A stretch of 64,000 bases of DNA, taken from assembly GCA_002269645.1 (NCBI GenBank), contig NIVC01002607.1, positions 1 through 64,000 on the forward strand, given 5' to 3'. Numbering within the stretch: the first letter of the stretch is position 1; each line of letters starts with the position of its first letter. The DNA comes from Macrostomum lignano (lineage: Eukaryota). Position numbers and translations under genes: made by a program. Below the pieces are notes generated by a model. It worked only from the letters and a program-made list of their open reading frames with translations. It was not told the DNA's origin and did not search any database. Below, piece by piece: positions 49,114 to 62,523 of this stretch.

Positions 49114-52100
49114 CTATTTGCCTCGTCCATAAAACAGCCAATCTGTCGGGATCTGTTTGTGCATCTGCGGGACGCATCTGGGACTTCCTGGCGGACTCCA
49201 GTGGCCGTTTAGACAGATGGCGTGCGTATGACCTCGAAGCACGTGACCCTTCTCGGTGCACTCGAATTTCACCAGCTCCTCGCTGTCTGACAATGTCTCC
49301 GGTCGGGTCCAGGGGTTTTTCTGGCCTTCCGGTCCAAGTAGCCACTTGGCAACGTTGGGTTCGGAGTTTATCCAGGGACAGCGTTCTGGCAGTGTGGGGT
49401 CGGCGTCTTATAAGATTTACATGTAAGATTCTATTACTGGTTAACTCTCTGACGTCCTTTTTGGGTATCCCCCTGACATCCATTCTGGTTAACTCTCTGA
49501 CGTCCTTTTTGGGTATCCCCCTGACATCCATTCTGGTTAACTCTCCGACGTCCTTTTTGGGTATCCCCCTGACATCCATTCTGGTTAACTCTCCGACGTC
49601 CTTTTTGGGTATCCCCCTGACATCCATTCTGGTTAACTCTCTGACGTCCTTTTTGGGTATCCCCCTGACATCCATTCTGGTTAACTCTCTGACGTCCTTT
49701 TTGGGTATCCCCCTGACATCCATTCTGGTTAACTCTCCGACGTCCTTTTTGGGTATCCCCCTGACATCCATTCTGGTTAACTCTCCGACGTCCTTTTTGG
49801 GTATCCCCTGACATCCATTCTGGTTAACTCTCTGACGTCCTTTTTGGGTATCCCCCTGACATCCATTCTGGTTAACTCTCTGACGTTCTTTTTGGGTATC
49901 CCCCTGACATCCATTCTGGTTAACTCTCCGACGTCCTTTTTGGGTATCCCCCTGACATCCATTCTGGTTAACTCTCCGACGTCCTTTTTGGGTATCCCCC
50001 TGACATCCATTCTGGATAACTCTCTGACGTCCTTTCTGGTTAACTCTCTGATGTCCTTTCTGGATAACTCTCTGACATCCTTGCTGGATAACTCTCTGAC
50101 ATCCTTGCTGGATAACTCTCTGACGTCCTTTCTGGATAACTCTCTGACGTCCTTTCTGGAAAACTCTCTGACGTCCTTTCTGGATAACTCTCTGACATCC
50201 TTGCTAAATAACTCTCTGACGTCCTTTCTGGATAACTCTCTGACATCCTTGCTGGATAACTCTCTGACGTCCTTTCTGGGTAACTCTCTGACGTCCTTTC
50301 TGGGTAACTCTCTGACGTCCTTTCTGGATAACTCTCTGACGTCCTATGTAACTCTCTGACGTCCTTTCTGGGTAACCCCCTGACATCCCTTCTGGGTAAC
50401 TCTCTGACGGCCTTTCTGGGTAACTCTCTGACATCCTTTCAGATACTCCATAAAGTCATTTGTTGGTGACTCCCCGACATCCCCATCCTGTCAAGTGCAG
50501 ATCCGCAGTATTTGAGACCAGCAATAGATCCAGCTAGTCTTACTTACTTTTCGTGCAAACCGGCCTCGACCCAGCCCACTTCCCGTAGCGACAAACAACG
50601 GAACTGCTTCCGCTCGACATCTCGTAGCCAACGTAGCAGCTGTACATCGCACGGTCATTGTGCCGGGTGCTGTAAAATCTCGCTATGCCGTTCTTCACTA
50701 TCGGCGGCCTATCGTTGCAGTCCTCTGAATTTTTGTTGTTTTTTAGAGATTTTATACTTGTTATTTTTTGTTTATAAATGGTATTGTATAAGTAGTACAG
50801 TTAAGATGTTTAGGATCTGTATTTGAGTTTTCTTAAATAGCCCTCCTCCTTAGATTATCAACAATAGGTATTCGAACATTATAGGAACCAACCCTATCTA
50901 ACGCCTATTCGAACTATAATCCACACCTGTTCAAACTATAGAATGAACAGCCCTATCTAACACCTGTTCCAACTATAGAATGAACAGCCCTATCTAACAC
51001 CTGTTCAAACTATAGAATGAACAGCCCTATCTAACACCTGTTCAAACTATAGAATGAACAGCCCTATCTAACACCTGTTCAAACTATAGAATGAACAGCC
51101 CTATCTAACACTTGTTCAAAATGGAACGAGCAGCCCTAACTTACACCTACTTAAACTAGAATGAACAACCCTATCCAACATTCAAATACAAGCTATTCGT
51201 ATTTTCTTAAACCATAGCAGCCAGTCAACAACATGCAGTTGATCCTCACTTGGAATGCACTCGGGCAGTCGAGTCCACGATCCATTATTGCACCTGGGAT
51301 AGTACACAGTCTTCAGCTGGTACTCTTCCCTGCATTGCACATTCAGCGTGGTATCCGAGGGCACTTTACCACGAGCTATCGGCCCACCGGCTCTGCCGAT
51401 GTACACCCGAGCGTGCGGTATTGTCGGCGAATCGCAGTGCTTCCTGCAACGAGGCGGTGCCGGCAGCCATTGTCCGGAGTTCTGGCATACGATTCGGCCA
51501 GCATTTTCGCCTTCAAACTTTGTCCCGTCCATACAGGTGTAAGCTACGGTGGAGCCGAAGGTCGTGCTACTGTAGATTGGCCGAAGAGCGTTAGGCACGA
51601 ACGGTGGCGGTCCGCAGTCCTGAATGCTGCACGTCGGATCTGAACCGTCCCAGGTGCCGTCCCGACGGCAGAGACGCTTATTGTGACCATTCAGTCGGTA
51701 GCCAGGATTGCAGAAATATTCGGCCACGCTGTTGACCGTGTTGCGTCCGGCTTTTGTGTAACCGTTGGCCGGGTTGTCAAGGTCTGGGCAGCGGACAGCT
51801 GGATTTCAGTGGTTGATTGCTTCAGTTGTAGGTTTTAAAGGATTCTGATGCTCAGGGCTGCCTTACTGAGTCTGATATGCTTTAGGGCTGTCTTATTGAG
51901 TCTGATATGCTTCAGGACTGTCTTACTGAGTCTGATATGCCTCAGGGCTGTCTTACTGAGTCTGATATGCTTCAGGAATGTCTTACTGAGTCTGATATGC
52001 TTCAGGGCTGTCTTATTGAGTCTGATATGCTTCAGGACTGTCTTACTGAGTCTGATATGCCTCAGGGCTGTCTTACTGAGTCTGATATGCTTCAGGAATG

Positions 52101-55100
52101 TCTTACTGAGTCTGATGCCTCAGGACTGTCTTACTGAGTCTGATGCCTCAGGACTGTCTTACTGAGTCTGATGCTTCACAGGACTGTCTTACTGAGTCTG
52201 ATGCCTCAGGACTGTCTTACTGAGTCTGATGCTTCACAGGACTGTCCTACTGAGTCTGATGCCTCAGGACTGTCTTACTGAGTCTGATGCCTCAGGACTG
52301 TCTTACTGAGTCTGATGCTTCACAGGACTGTCTTACTGAGTCTGATGCTTCACAGGACTGTCTTACTGAGTCTGATGCTTCACAGGACTGTCTTACTGAG
52401 TCTGATGCTTCACAGGACTGTCTTACTGAGTCTGATGCTTCACAGGACTGTCTTACTGAGTCTGATGCTTCACAGGACTGTCTTACTGAGTCTGATGCTT
52501 CACAGGACTGTCTTACTGAGTCTGATGCTTCACAGGGCTGTCTTACTGAGTCTGATATGCCTCAGGGCTGTCTTACTGAGTCTGATGCTTCACAGGACTG
52601 TCTTACTGAGTCTGATGCTTCACAGGACTGTCTTACTGAGTCTGATGCTTTACAGGACTGTCTTACTGAGTCTGATGCTTCACAGGGCTGTCTTACTGAG
52701 TCTGATATGCCTCAGGGCTGTCTTACTGAGTCTGATATGCTTCAGGATTGTCTTACTGAGTCTGATATGCTTCAGGAATGTCTTACTGAGTCTGATATGC
52801 TTCAGGGCTGTCTTACTGAGTCTGATATGCTTCAGGGCTGTCTTACTGAGTTTAATGCTTCGGGGGTTTCTTTTGTGTTTAAATGATTTATACTCCATCT
52901 AATGACGAGCGAGTACCCTAAAAACGTCTTCATCAATCAAGCTTACTGTTGCAGCTGGGCAAATTGCCAGACCAGTGTCCACTCGCTTCGCAAGCTCTCA
53001 CTTGACCTGAAATTTGTGTCAAGGCAAACTTTTGCTACTACTTGTTACAGTAGTATAAATCGACAACGCTATTTAGATTATATTCTAACTCAACTGACAT
53101 TATTTTGAAGTTTTTTAATGGTTGTACACGTTTAAAATCCTGGAGAAATGGAAGTTTAAATGTAAATACAAGTGAAATAAAGTTAAAACTACTAGATAAT
53201 AAACTTCAAACCCTAGATAATGAAGTTCAGCCTCTAGATAAGGAACTTCAAACCCTAGATAATAAACTTCAAACCCTAGATATTAAACTTCAAACCCTAG
53301 ATAATAAACTTCAAACCCTAGATAATAAACTTCAAACCCTAGATATTAAACTTCAAACCCTAGATAATAAACTTCAAACCCTAGATAATCAAGTTCAGCC
53401 TCTAGATAATGAACTTCAAACCCTAGATAATAAACTTCAAACCCTAGATATTAAACTTCAAACCCTAGATAATGAACTTCAAACCCTAGATAATAAACTT
53501 CAAACCCTAGATATTAAACTTCAAACCCTAGATAATAAACTTCAAACCCTAGATAATCAAGTTCAGCCTCTAGATAATGAACTTCAAACCCTAGATAATA
53601 AACTTCAAACCCTAGATATTAAACTTCAAACCCTAGATAATGAACTTCAAACCCTAGATAATAAACTTCAAACCCTAGATAATAAACTTCAAACCCTAGA
53701 TAATAAACTTCAAACCCTAGATAATAAACTTCAAACCTTAGATAATGAAGTTCCAACTAGTTTGCATCATTAGAATTGAAAGTCTCATGAATAAAAAATC
53801 TGTTTATTCACATCCTGGCGAGTGTTCCGGGCATTCGATTCTGTAGCCTTCGTTGCAAAAGTACGAAACCTTTTGACCGAACGTGTAGTTTCGGTTTAAA
53901 TGTCGGCCATTTATTGGGGTGCCCGGATCGCCGCAGTTTATTACTGAAATGAGGAGAGATTTGCAGCAGATTCTATGAACTGGGGCAGATTCTATGCACT
54001 GGGGCAGATTCTATAAATTGTGCAGATTCTATGCACTGGGGCAGATTCTATAAATTGTGCAGATTCTATGCACTGGGGCAGATTCTATGCACTGGGGCAG
54101 ATTCTGTGCACTGGGGCAGATTCTATAAATTGTGCAGATTCTATGCCCTGGGGCAGATTCTATGCACTGGGGCAGATTCTATGAACTGGGGCAGATTCTA
54201 TGCATTGGGAAGCAGATTCTGTGCACTTGAGCGGATTCTGTGAATTAGAGCAGATTCTGTGAACTGGGGCAGATTCTATGAATTGGGAGATTCTTTGAAA
54301 TGGGGCAGATTCTTTGAAATGGGGCAGATTCTTTGAAATGGGGCAGATTCTTTGAAATGGGGCAGATTCTATGCACTGGGGCAGATTCTTTGCACTGGGG
54401 CAGATTCTATGCACTGGGGCAGATTCTATGCACTGGGGCAGATTCTATAAACTGGGCAGATTCTACGAACTGGGGCAGATTCTATGCACTGGGGCAGATT
54501 CTATGCACTGGGGCAGATTCTATGCACTGGGGCAGATTCTATGAACTGGGGCAGATTCTATGAATTGGGAGATTCTTTGAAATGGGGCAGATTCTTTGAA
54601 ATGGGGCAGATTCTATGCACTGGGGCAGATTCTTTGCACTGGGGCAGATTCTATGCACTGGGGCAGATTCTATGCACTGGGGCAGATTCTATAAATTGTG
54701 CAGATTCTATGCACTGGGGCAGATTCTATGCACTGGGGCAGATTCTATGCACTGGGGCAGATTCTATAAATTGTGCAGATTCTATGCACTGGGGCATATT
54801 CTATGCACTGGGGCAGATTCTATGAACTGGGGCAGATTCTATAAATTGTGCAGATTCTATGCACTGGGGCAGATTCTATGCATTGAGAAGCAGATTCTGT
54901 GCACTGGGGCGGATTCTGTGAATTAGAGCACATTCTGTGAACTGGGGCAGATTCTATGAATTGTGAGATTCTTTGAAATGGGGCAGATTCTTTGAAATGG
55001 GGCAGATTCTATGAAATGGGGCAGATTCTATGAAGTTGGGCTTTTTCTATAAACTAAGGATTGGAGAGGCAGAATAAAGGGCTGATGGAGAGCAGAGGCA

Positions 55101-58100
55101 GACTCAAGTGTCAAACCGCTTACACGAGCAGGTAAGATCTTGAATATTCCATTGTCCATTTGAGCAGACGGCGGTCACGGCGAGGCCAGGTGCTGCGGCA
55201 GTGTAGCCAGGCGCACAGGTGTAGCTGAACATCTCCCCGTCTGAGTAGGTCGATTTTCTCACGTCCGGAGCCGGATCCAAAATGGTGTGTGGCTGGACCT
55301 TCGGCCGGCCGCAGGGAGAAGTGTTGCCGGATGCTGTTAGATGGCAAGCAATAGTTTGAGTATTGAGTGACCTCTGCCTCTTCACCATCCCCCGATTCTT
55401 GAGTGACCTCCGGTCGTCTCTTCACCATCCCCCGATTCTTCAGTGACCTCTGCCTCTTCACCATCCCCCCGATTCTTCAGTGACCTCTGCCTCTTCACCA
55501 TCCCCCGATTCTTCAGTGACCTCTGCCTCTTCACCATCCCCCGATTCTTCAGTGACCTCTGCCTCTTCACCATCCCCCGATTCTTCAGTGACCTCTGCCT
55601 CTTCACCATCCCCCCGATTCTTCAGTGACCCCCGGTCGTCTCTTCACCATCCCCCGATTCTTCAGTGACCTCCGCCTCTTCACCATCCCCCGATTCTTCA
55701 GTGACCTCCAATTTTTCACCATCCCCCGATTCTTCAGTGACCTCCGCCTCTTCACCATCCCCCGATTCTTCAGTGACCTCCAATTTTTCACCATCCCCCG
55801 ATTCTTCAGTGACCTCCGCCTCTTCACCATCCCCCGATTCTTCAGTGACCTCCACTTTTTCACCATTCCCCGATTCTTCAGTGACCTCCAATTTTTCACC
55901 ATCCCCCGATTCTTCAGTGACCTCCGTCTCTTCACCATCCCCCGATTCTTCAGTGACCTCCGCCTCTTCACCATCCCCCGATTCTTCAGTGACCTCCAAT
56001 TTTTCACCATCCCCGATTCTTCAGTGACCTCCGCCTCTTCACCATCCCCCGATTCTTCAGTGACCTCCAATTTTTCACCATCCCCCGATTCTTCAGTGAC
56101 CTCCGCCTCTTCACCATCCCCCGATTCTTCAGTGACCTCCAATTTTTCACCATCCCCCGATTCTTCAGTGACCTCCGCCTCTTCACCATCCCCCGATTCT
56201 TCAGTGACCTCCGGTCGTCTCTTCACCATCCCCTGATTCTTCAGTGACCTCCGGTCGTCTCTTCACCATCCCCCGATTCTTCAGTGACCTCCGCCTCTTC
56301 ACCATCCCCCGATTCTTCAGTGACCTCCACTTTTTCACCATTCCCCGATTCTTCAGTGACCTCCACTTTTTCACCATTCCCCGATTCTTCAGTGACCTCC
56401 GGTCGTTTATTCACCATCCCCAGATTCTTCAGTGACCTCCGGTCGTCTCTTCACCATCCCCTGATTCTTCAGTGACCTCCGGTCGTCTCTTCACCATCCC
56501 TGATTATTCAGTGACTTCCGCCTCTTCACCATCCCCCAATTATTCAGTGACATTCGCCTCTTCATTATTTCTCCATTCTTCAGTGCTCTCACCTGATACA
56601 CAGCGTCCCCTTCGCTCTTTTGGAACAGTCCACTTCAAATTAGCTTTGCAGGTGACAATTGATGAGCCAATCAGTCGGTAGCCACTATTGCAGGTGTAAG
56701 TCACTGTTTGGCCAACCCTGTTTTCGTTTCCGCTAATTGCTCGAGTTTTGTTACCGTTCGGCACCTCGGCAAGACCCTCGCAACCAGCGTCTGAAAAATG
56801 TTTTATAGTATTATTCTATAAAAATAAAATTACGCCACAGTCCATATTGTTTACATCAGTACTAGACCACGGCCTCTCAACCCTGTCACGCCATTGGGTT
56901 ATATTGATTCTCTCTATATGCGGCCCCTCACCCACACCCCATGTGGTTATATCGATTCTTTCTACGTGCGGCCCCTCACCTCCAACCCCCACCCCATGGG
57001 GTTATATCGATTCTCTCTATGTGCGGCCCCTCACCTCCAACCCTCACCCCGTGGGGTTATATCGATTCTCTCTATGTGCGGCCCCTCACCTCCAACCCCA
57101 CCCCATCGGGTTATGTATTGATTCTCTCTGTGTGCGGCCCCTCACCTCCAACCCCCACCCCATGGGATTATATCGATTCTCTCTATGTGCGGCCCCTCAC
57201 CTCCAACCCCCACCCCATGGGGTTATATCGATTCTCTCTATGTGCGGCCCCTCACCTCCAACCCCCACCCCATGGGGTTATGTATTGATTCTCTCTATGT
57301 GCGGCCCCTCACCTCCAACCCCCACCCCATGGGGTTATGTATTGATTCTCTCTGTGTGCGGCCCCTCACCTCCAACCCCCACCCCATGGGGTTATATTGA
57401 TTCTCTCTATGTGCGGCCCCTCACCTCCAACCCCACCCCGTGGGGTTATATCGATTCTCTCTATGTGCGGCCCCTCACCTCCAACCCCCACCCCATGGGG
57501 TTATGTATTGATTCTCTCTATGTGCGGCCCCTCACCTCCAACCCCCACCCCATGGGGTTATGTATTGATTCTCTCTATGTGCGGCCCCTCAACCCCAACC
57601 CCACGGGATTATATTGATAAGCAATTAATTCACCGCAGCTCTCACCGGGCGGAACGCAGACAGAACCGCAAAGCTCTTTATCGCACACGCAAATCAGGGG
57701 CACATCTCTGATTTTGCAGTCGTAGATAGTTGAGCACGATTGCTTTGGACAATTAGAACTGAAAGCGCCAGGTTTTGGACTGCAATAGGCGCTGCTTCTC
57801 TGTGGTGCGGCTGTTAAAAAGAAACGAAGTGGAGAGAATCGTTAAAGTGTTTTCCTGTGTTTTATACATGCACTAATGAATGTACATTTGATCTAGGGAC
57901 TGGGTTTGAGCACTCAATTTAAGCTTTTGGATCGTAATGTACGCACGTAATGTACATTGAACGATTGAAGCTGAGGCAGGAACCTGTCCATAAACAGTAA
58001 AGCGTTTTAGTTGCATAATTAGTATTTATAGCCAACAATAGAATTAATATAAAAAATTTACCTCTTACGTAGTGGCTGTTCCTTGAGGCATCCCGTTCAA

Positions 58101-58880
58101 AGCGTTCATTCAATATGGTCAGAGCTGAAACCATTGAAGTCGCTGAAAAAATAAAATAATTAAGCAAATGTTTTTGTCTTCTCCCTATTATCTGTCGAAC
58201 AAAGCAATAAAACTGCGTATAAATAACTATATAATAACTATACTATATAAAAATAATAGAATGGCGCCCCACACTGATAGAATGGCGCCCCACACTGATA
58301 GAATGGCACCCCACACTGATAGAATGGCGCCCCACACTGATAGAATGGCGCCCCACAATGATAGAATGGCGCTCCACACTGATAGAATGGCGCCCCACAC
58401 TGATAGAATGGCGCCCCACCCTGATAGAGTGGCGCCCCACCCTAATAGAATGGCGTCGTCCAACCCTGATAGAATGGCGCTCACCCTAATAGAATGGCGT
58501 CCAACCCTAATAGAATGGCGCCTACCCTAATAGAATGGCGCCCACCCTAATAGAATGGCGCCCCACCCTAATAGAATGGCGCCCACCCTGATAGAATGGC
58601 GCCCACCCTAATAGAATGGTGCCCCACCCTGATAGAATGGCGCCCACCCTAATAGAATGGCGCCACCTTGATAGAATGGCGCCCCACCCTAAAAGAATGG
58701 CGCCCCACCCTGATAGAATGGCGCCCACCCTAATAGAATGGCGCCCCACCCACTTACAGGGAATTTGTACTGGATGAACTTACACGGATTCAACAGTCGA
58801 AACAGGCTGATGCAGCACAGAATCGTTGATGCATAAGACAGAGTGGCGGGAATGGGCGACCGCAAAATTATCAAAGGCAT
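49114..58880 (-). CDS. lev-9: LEV-9/Hasp-like secreted protein, 1 WAP + 8 CCP (sushi) domains, 660 aa
   Basis: Exons 58880-58784, 58142-58069, 57983-57956, 57810-57646 (WAP-like CPKQSCSTIYDC..CVCDKELCGSVC), 56790-56593, 55333-55124, 53943-53812, 53006-52947, 51798-51250 (3 CCP), 50724-50548, 49406-49114. All GT-AG, phases consistent, 1983 nt with no internal stop. The architecture matches C. elegans LEV-9; orthology is not tested. Confidence 0.82.
49435..50440. repeat. 48-bp and 24-bp minisatellite in lev-9-like intron 10
   Basis: TCTGGTTAACTCTCTGACGTCCTTTTTGGGTATCCCCCTGACATCCAT units, grading into a 24-bp subunit. Confidence 0.95.
50890..51180. repeat. 37-bp minisatellite in intron 9
   Basis: CTATCTAACACCTGTTCAAACTATAGAATGAACAGCC. 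Confidence 0.9.
51845..52860. repeat. 27-30 bp minisatellite in intron 8
   Basis: CAGGACTGTCTTACTGAGTCTGATGCTTCA. Confidence 0.95.
53190..53755. repeat. 21-bp minisatellite in intron 7
   Basis: CTTCAAACCCTAGATAATAAA. Confidence 0.95.
53965..55040. repeat. 19-bp minisatellite in intron 6
   Basis: GGGGCAGATTCTATGCACT. Confidence 0.95.
55370..56550. repeat. 36-bp minisatellite in intron 5
   Basis: CTTCAGTGACCTCCGCCTCTTCACCATCCCCCGATT. Confidence 0.95.
56890..57615. repeat. About 55-bp minisatellite in intron 4
   Basis: GGGTTATATCGATTCTCTCTATGTGCGGCCCCTCACCTCCAACCCCCACCCCAT. Confidence 0.95.
58255..58750. repeat. 20-21 bp minisatellite in intron 1
   Basis: ATAGAATGGCGCCCCACCCTG/A. Confidence 0.95.
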
Positions 58881-59460
58881 CCTTCGTTGCTCGAGTGAGA
58901 TCAGGCAGCTGTGTCTGTGCAAAAATTATTCAAAGTTTATTATACAATGTTACATAAATACATTTTCCTCAATGCAGTTTTATCTTCCACCAATCGGAGA
59001 CAGAAAGCGAATGAGAAACTAATTATTTAGATAGAAGCAGAAATCAATAAATTGGGTAAAATTAATTAATCAACGATGCCGTTGAGCTTGCCTCGCGGCT
59101 TCCGAACTCCATTCACTTGAAGATCTTAATCTTCGTGCGCAATTATAGGGGAATGCCTGAAAAAATCTATATATAAGAAGAGATCGAGTCCCCCCCCCTT
59201 AATCCTATAGCTATACTTCAATGTGAACTTTATAGCTTAGCTAATCTTGGTTTAGAAATTCGTTGTGCAACTATCGAAAGTCAATTTGGGATTAAATGTG
59301 TGGGTTTTATTGTACCTTTAATACAAGGATTTTCATACCTTTTTTGATCAAGAGACTTCTAGACAAGGGCCTGTAGTAGTGAGATTTTTTGGCAAAGTTT
59401 GGTAGACTTTAGTAAAAATTTACTGCTCCTGTAGTAATCCCTTACTCCCCGTTACCTCCC

Positions 59461-61497
59461 GGTTGTGTCTCTCGTTAGTCACTGCTATAATCTTAGCAGT
59501 GACTCTCGTTAGTCCTAGTTGTGTCTCTCGTTAGTCACAGTTGTGTCTCTCGTTAGTCCCAGTTGTGTCTCGCGTTAGTCCTAGTTGTGCCTCTCGTTAG
59601 TCCTAGCTGTGTCTTTCGTTAGTCCCAGTTGTGTCTCTCGTTAGTCCTAGCTGTGTCTTTCGTTAGTCCCAGTTGTGTCTTTCGTTAGTCACAGTTGTGT
59701 CATTCGTTAGTCCCAGTTGTGTCTCTCGTTAGTCCTAGTTGTGTCTTTCGTTAGTCCCAGTTGTGTCTTTCGTTAGTCCCAGTTGTGTCTTTCGTTAGTC
59801 ACAGTTGTGTCATTCGTTAGTCACAGTTGTGTCATTCGTTAGTCCCAGTTGTGTCTCTCGTTAGTCCTAGTTGTGTCTTTCGTTAGTCCCAGTTGTGTCT
59901 TTCGTTAGTCCTAGTTGTGTCATTCGTTAGTCACAGTTGTGTCATTCGTTAGTCCCAGTTGTGTCTCTCGTTAGTCCTAGTTGTGTCATTCGTTAGTCAC
60001 AGTTGTGTCATTCGTTAGTCCCAGTTGTGTCTCTCGTTAGTCCTAGTTGTGTCTTTCGTTAGTCCCAGCTGTGTCTTTCGTTAGTCCCAGTTGTGTCTTT
60101 CGTTAGTCACAGTTGTGTCATTCGTTAGTCCCAGTTGTGTCTCTCGTTAGTCCTAGTTGTGTCTTTCGTTAGTCCCAGTTGTGTCTTTCGTTAGTCCCAG
60201 TTGTGTCTTTCGTTAGTCACAGTTGTGTCATTCGTTAGTCACAGTTGTGTCATTCGTTAGTCCCAGTTGTGTCTCTCGTTAGTCCTAGTTGTGTCTTTCG
60301 TTAGTCCAGTTGTGTCTTTCGTTAGTCCTAGTTGTGTCATTCGTTAGTCACAGTTGTGTCATTCGTTAGTCCCAGTTGTGTCTCTCGTTAGTCCTAGTTG
60401 TGTCATTCGTTAGTCACAGTTGTGTCATTCGTTAGTCCCAGTTGTGTCTCTCGTTAGTCCTAGTTGTGTCTTTCGTTAGTCCCAGTTGTGTCTTTCGTTA
60501 GTCCTAGTTGTGTCATTCGTTAGTCACAGTTGTGTCATTCGTTAGTCCCAGTTGTGTCTCTCGTTAGTCCTAGTTGTGTCATTCGTTAGTCACAGTTGTG
60601 TCATTCGTTAGTCCCAGTTGTGTCATTCGTTAGTCACAGTTGTGTCATTCGTTAGTCACAGTTGTGTCATTCGTTAGTCCCAGTTGTGTCTCTCGTTAGT
60701 CCTAGTTGTGTCTTTCGTTAGTCCCAGTTGTGTCTTTCGTTAGTCCTAGTTGTGTCATTCGTTAGTCACAGTTGTGTCATTCGTTAGTCCCAGTTGTGTC
60801 TCTCGTTAGTCCTAGTTGTGTCTTTCGTTAGTCCCAGTTGTGTCTTTCGTTAGTCACAGTTGTGTCATTCGTTAGTCCCAGTTGTGTCTCTCGTTAGTCC
60901 TAGTTGTGTCTTTCGTTAGTCCCAGTTGTGTCTTTCGTTAGTCCTAGTTGTGTCATTCGTTAGTCACAGTTGTGTCATTCGTTAGTCCCAGTTGTGTCTC
61001 TCGTTAGTCCTAGTTGTGTCTTTAGTTAGTCCTAGTTGTGTCTCTCGTTAGTCCTAGTTGTGTCATTCGTTAGTCCCAGTTGTGTCTCTCGTTAGTCCTA
61101 GTTGTGTCTTTCGTTAGTCCCAGTTGTGTCTTTCGTTAGTCACAGTTGTGTCATTCGTTAGTCCCAGTTGTGTCTCTCGTTAGTCCTAGTTGTGTCTTTC
61201 GTTAGTCCCAGTTGTGTCTTTCGTTAGTCCTAGTTGTGTCATTCGTTAGTCACAGTTGTGTCATTCGTTAGTCCCAGTTGTGTCTCTCGTTAGTCCTAGT
61301 TGTGTCTTTTGTTAGTGCTAGTTGTGTCTCTCGTTAGTCCTAGTTGCGTCTCTCGTTAGTCCTAGTTGTGTCTTTTGTTAGTCCTAGTTGTGTCTTTCGT
61401 TAGTCCTAGTTGTGTCTTTCGTTAGTCCCAGTTGTGTCTCTCGTTAGTCCCAGTTGTGTCTCTCGTTAGTCCCAGTTGTGTCTCTCGTTAGTCACTG
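59461..61497. repeat. 22-bp satellite, about 2 kb
   Basis: GTTAGTC(C/A)(C/T)AGTTGTGTC(T/A)(T/C)TC, about 90 copies. Confidence 0.97.
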
Positions 61498-62523
61498 CTA
61501 TATCTCAGCTGTGTCTCTAGAGTGAGTCACCGCGCTAACTCCCAGCTGTGTCATTCATTATTCGGCATGTGTGTCTAATATACACACCTATTTGTGTATT
61601 GTTCAAGGTCAAGAGAACATAACGATGCTAATAAATACTAATTATATCTTCTTAAGTACTTGCATAAGCGACACGAAATTGGTGCGCCCAGGTCCTGCAG
61701 AATCACTCACCAATATCGCGTATTAAAGGCGTTGGTTAAACAAAAATATTTTAGCGCCTGAACAAAGAAAATTTCAAAGGCTCTCTTTGTCTTCGCAGTG
61801 TCGGCTCACTCAGCAGCTTACCTTAAAATGGAACAAATTCAAGCCACCATTTTTTTAAATTGCTAATTGCGCATGACGATGTTGACAGCTGCTATTAAGA
61901 AGCGCGCCTGCTCATTAGTTGAACTCTCCACACAGCTGTATATAGAGAGATTTTCGACAGTTCTTCAGACGGGTTTTTTAAAATAGCTACTGGTTAAGTA
62001 AGACAGCCTTTGAAATAATATATTGCTACCGGTATATGTGTGTGTGCGTGTGTGTGTTAACTGGCTGGCCCTATATAATCGAATTTCACGCACGCGATAT
62101 TATATATATGCACACTCATACATTTATTTGTATTGAAGCTTTTACTAAGCCAAACAACTCCTTTCTGCTCGTATATTATAGCATAAGCAGCAACCCCCCT
62201 TATTTAGCTGCTTTTAATTCGTTGGTTTCTTTCTATACTCTCGCTCTTTCTGGGCCGCCCAGTTGCTGAGAGCTGAGAGAGCGCGCGCTCGCGCCACTTA
62301 AAAAGCGCTGATTGCTGCCTTTTGTGTTTCGTATATTCAACTGTTCCGGGGCGGAGTGGTGTGTAGAGTTTTGGCAGTTAAAATGGAGTTTTTTTCATAC
62401 TGCAGGCGCCTCAGAGAGGGTTACACAGAGCTGCTGTGAGCTAATAGCCTTTTGACAGAATGTAAAGTAGGGTCTAGCCAAAAATATGAAACCATCTCTT
62501 GCCAGGTTGCTTCGTACTACTAC

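Noticed and set aside
49434-58750. Repeat ORFs such as DVRGIPKK, QDCLTESDAS, KLQTLDN, EVTEESGDGE and GADSMHWG
   Set aside because: All lie inside introns of the lev-9-like model and are simple repeat translations.
59461-61497. CRISPR-like regular array
   Set aside because: Contiguous tandem units with no unique spacers, eukaryotic context, no cas genes.
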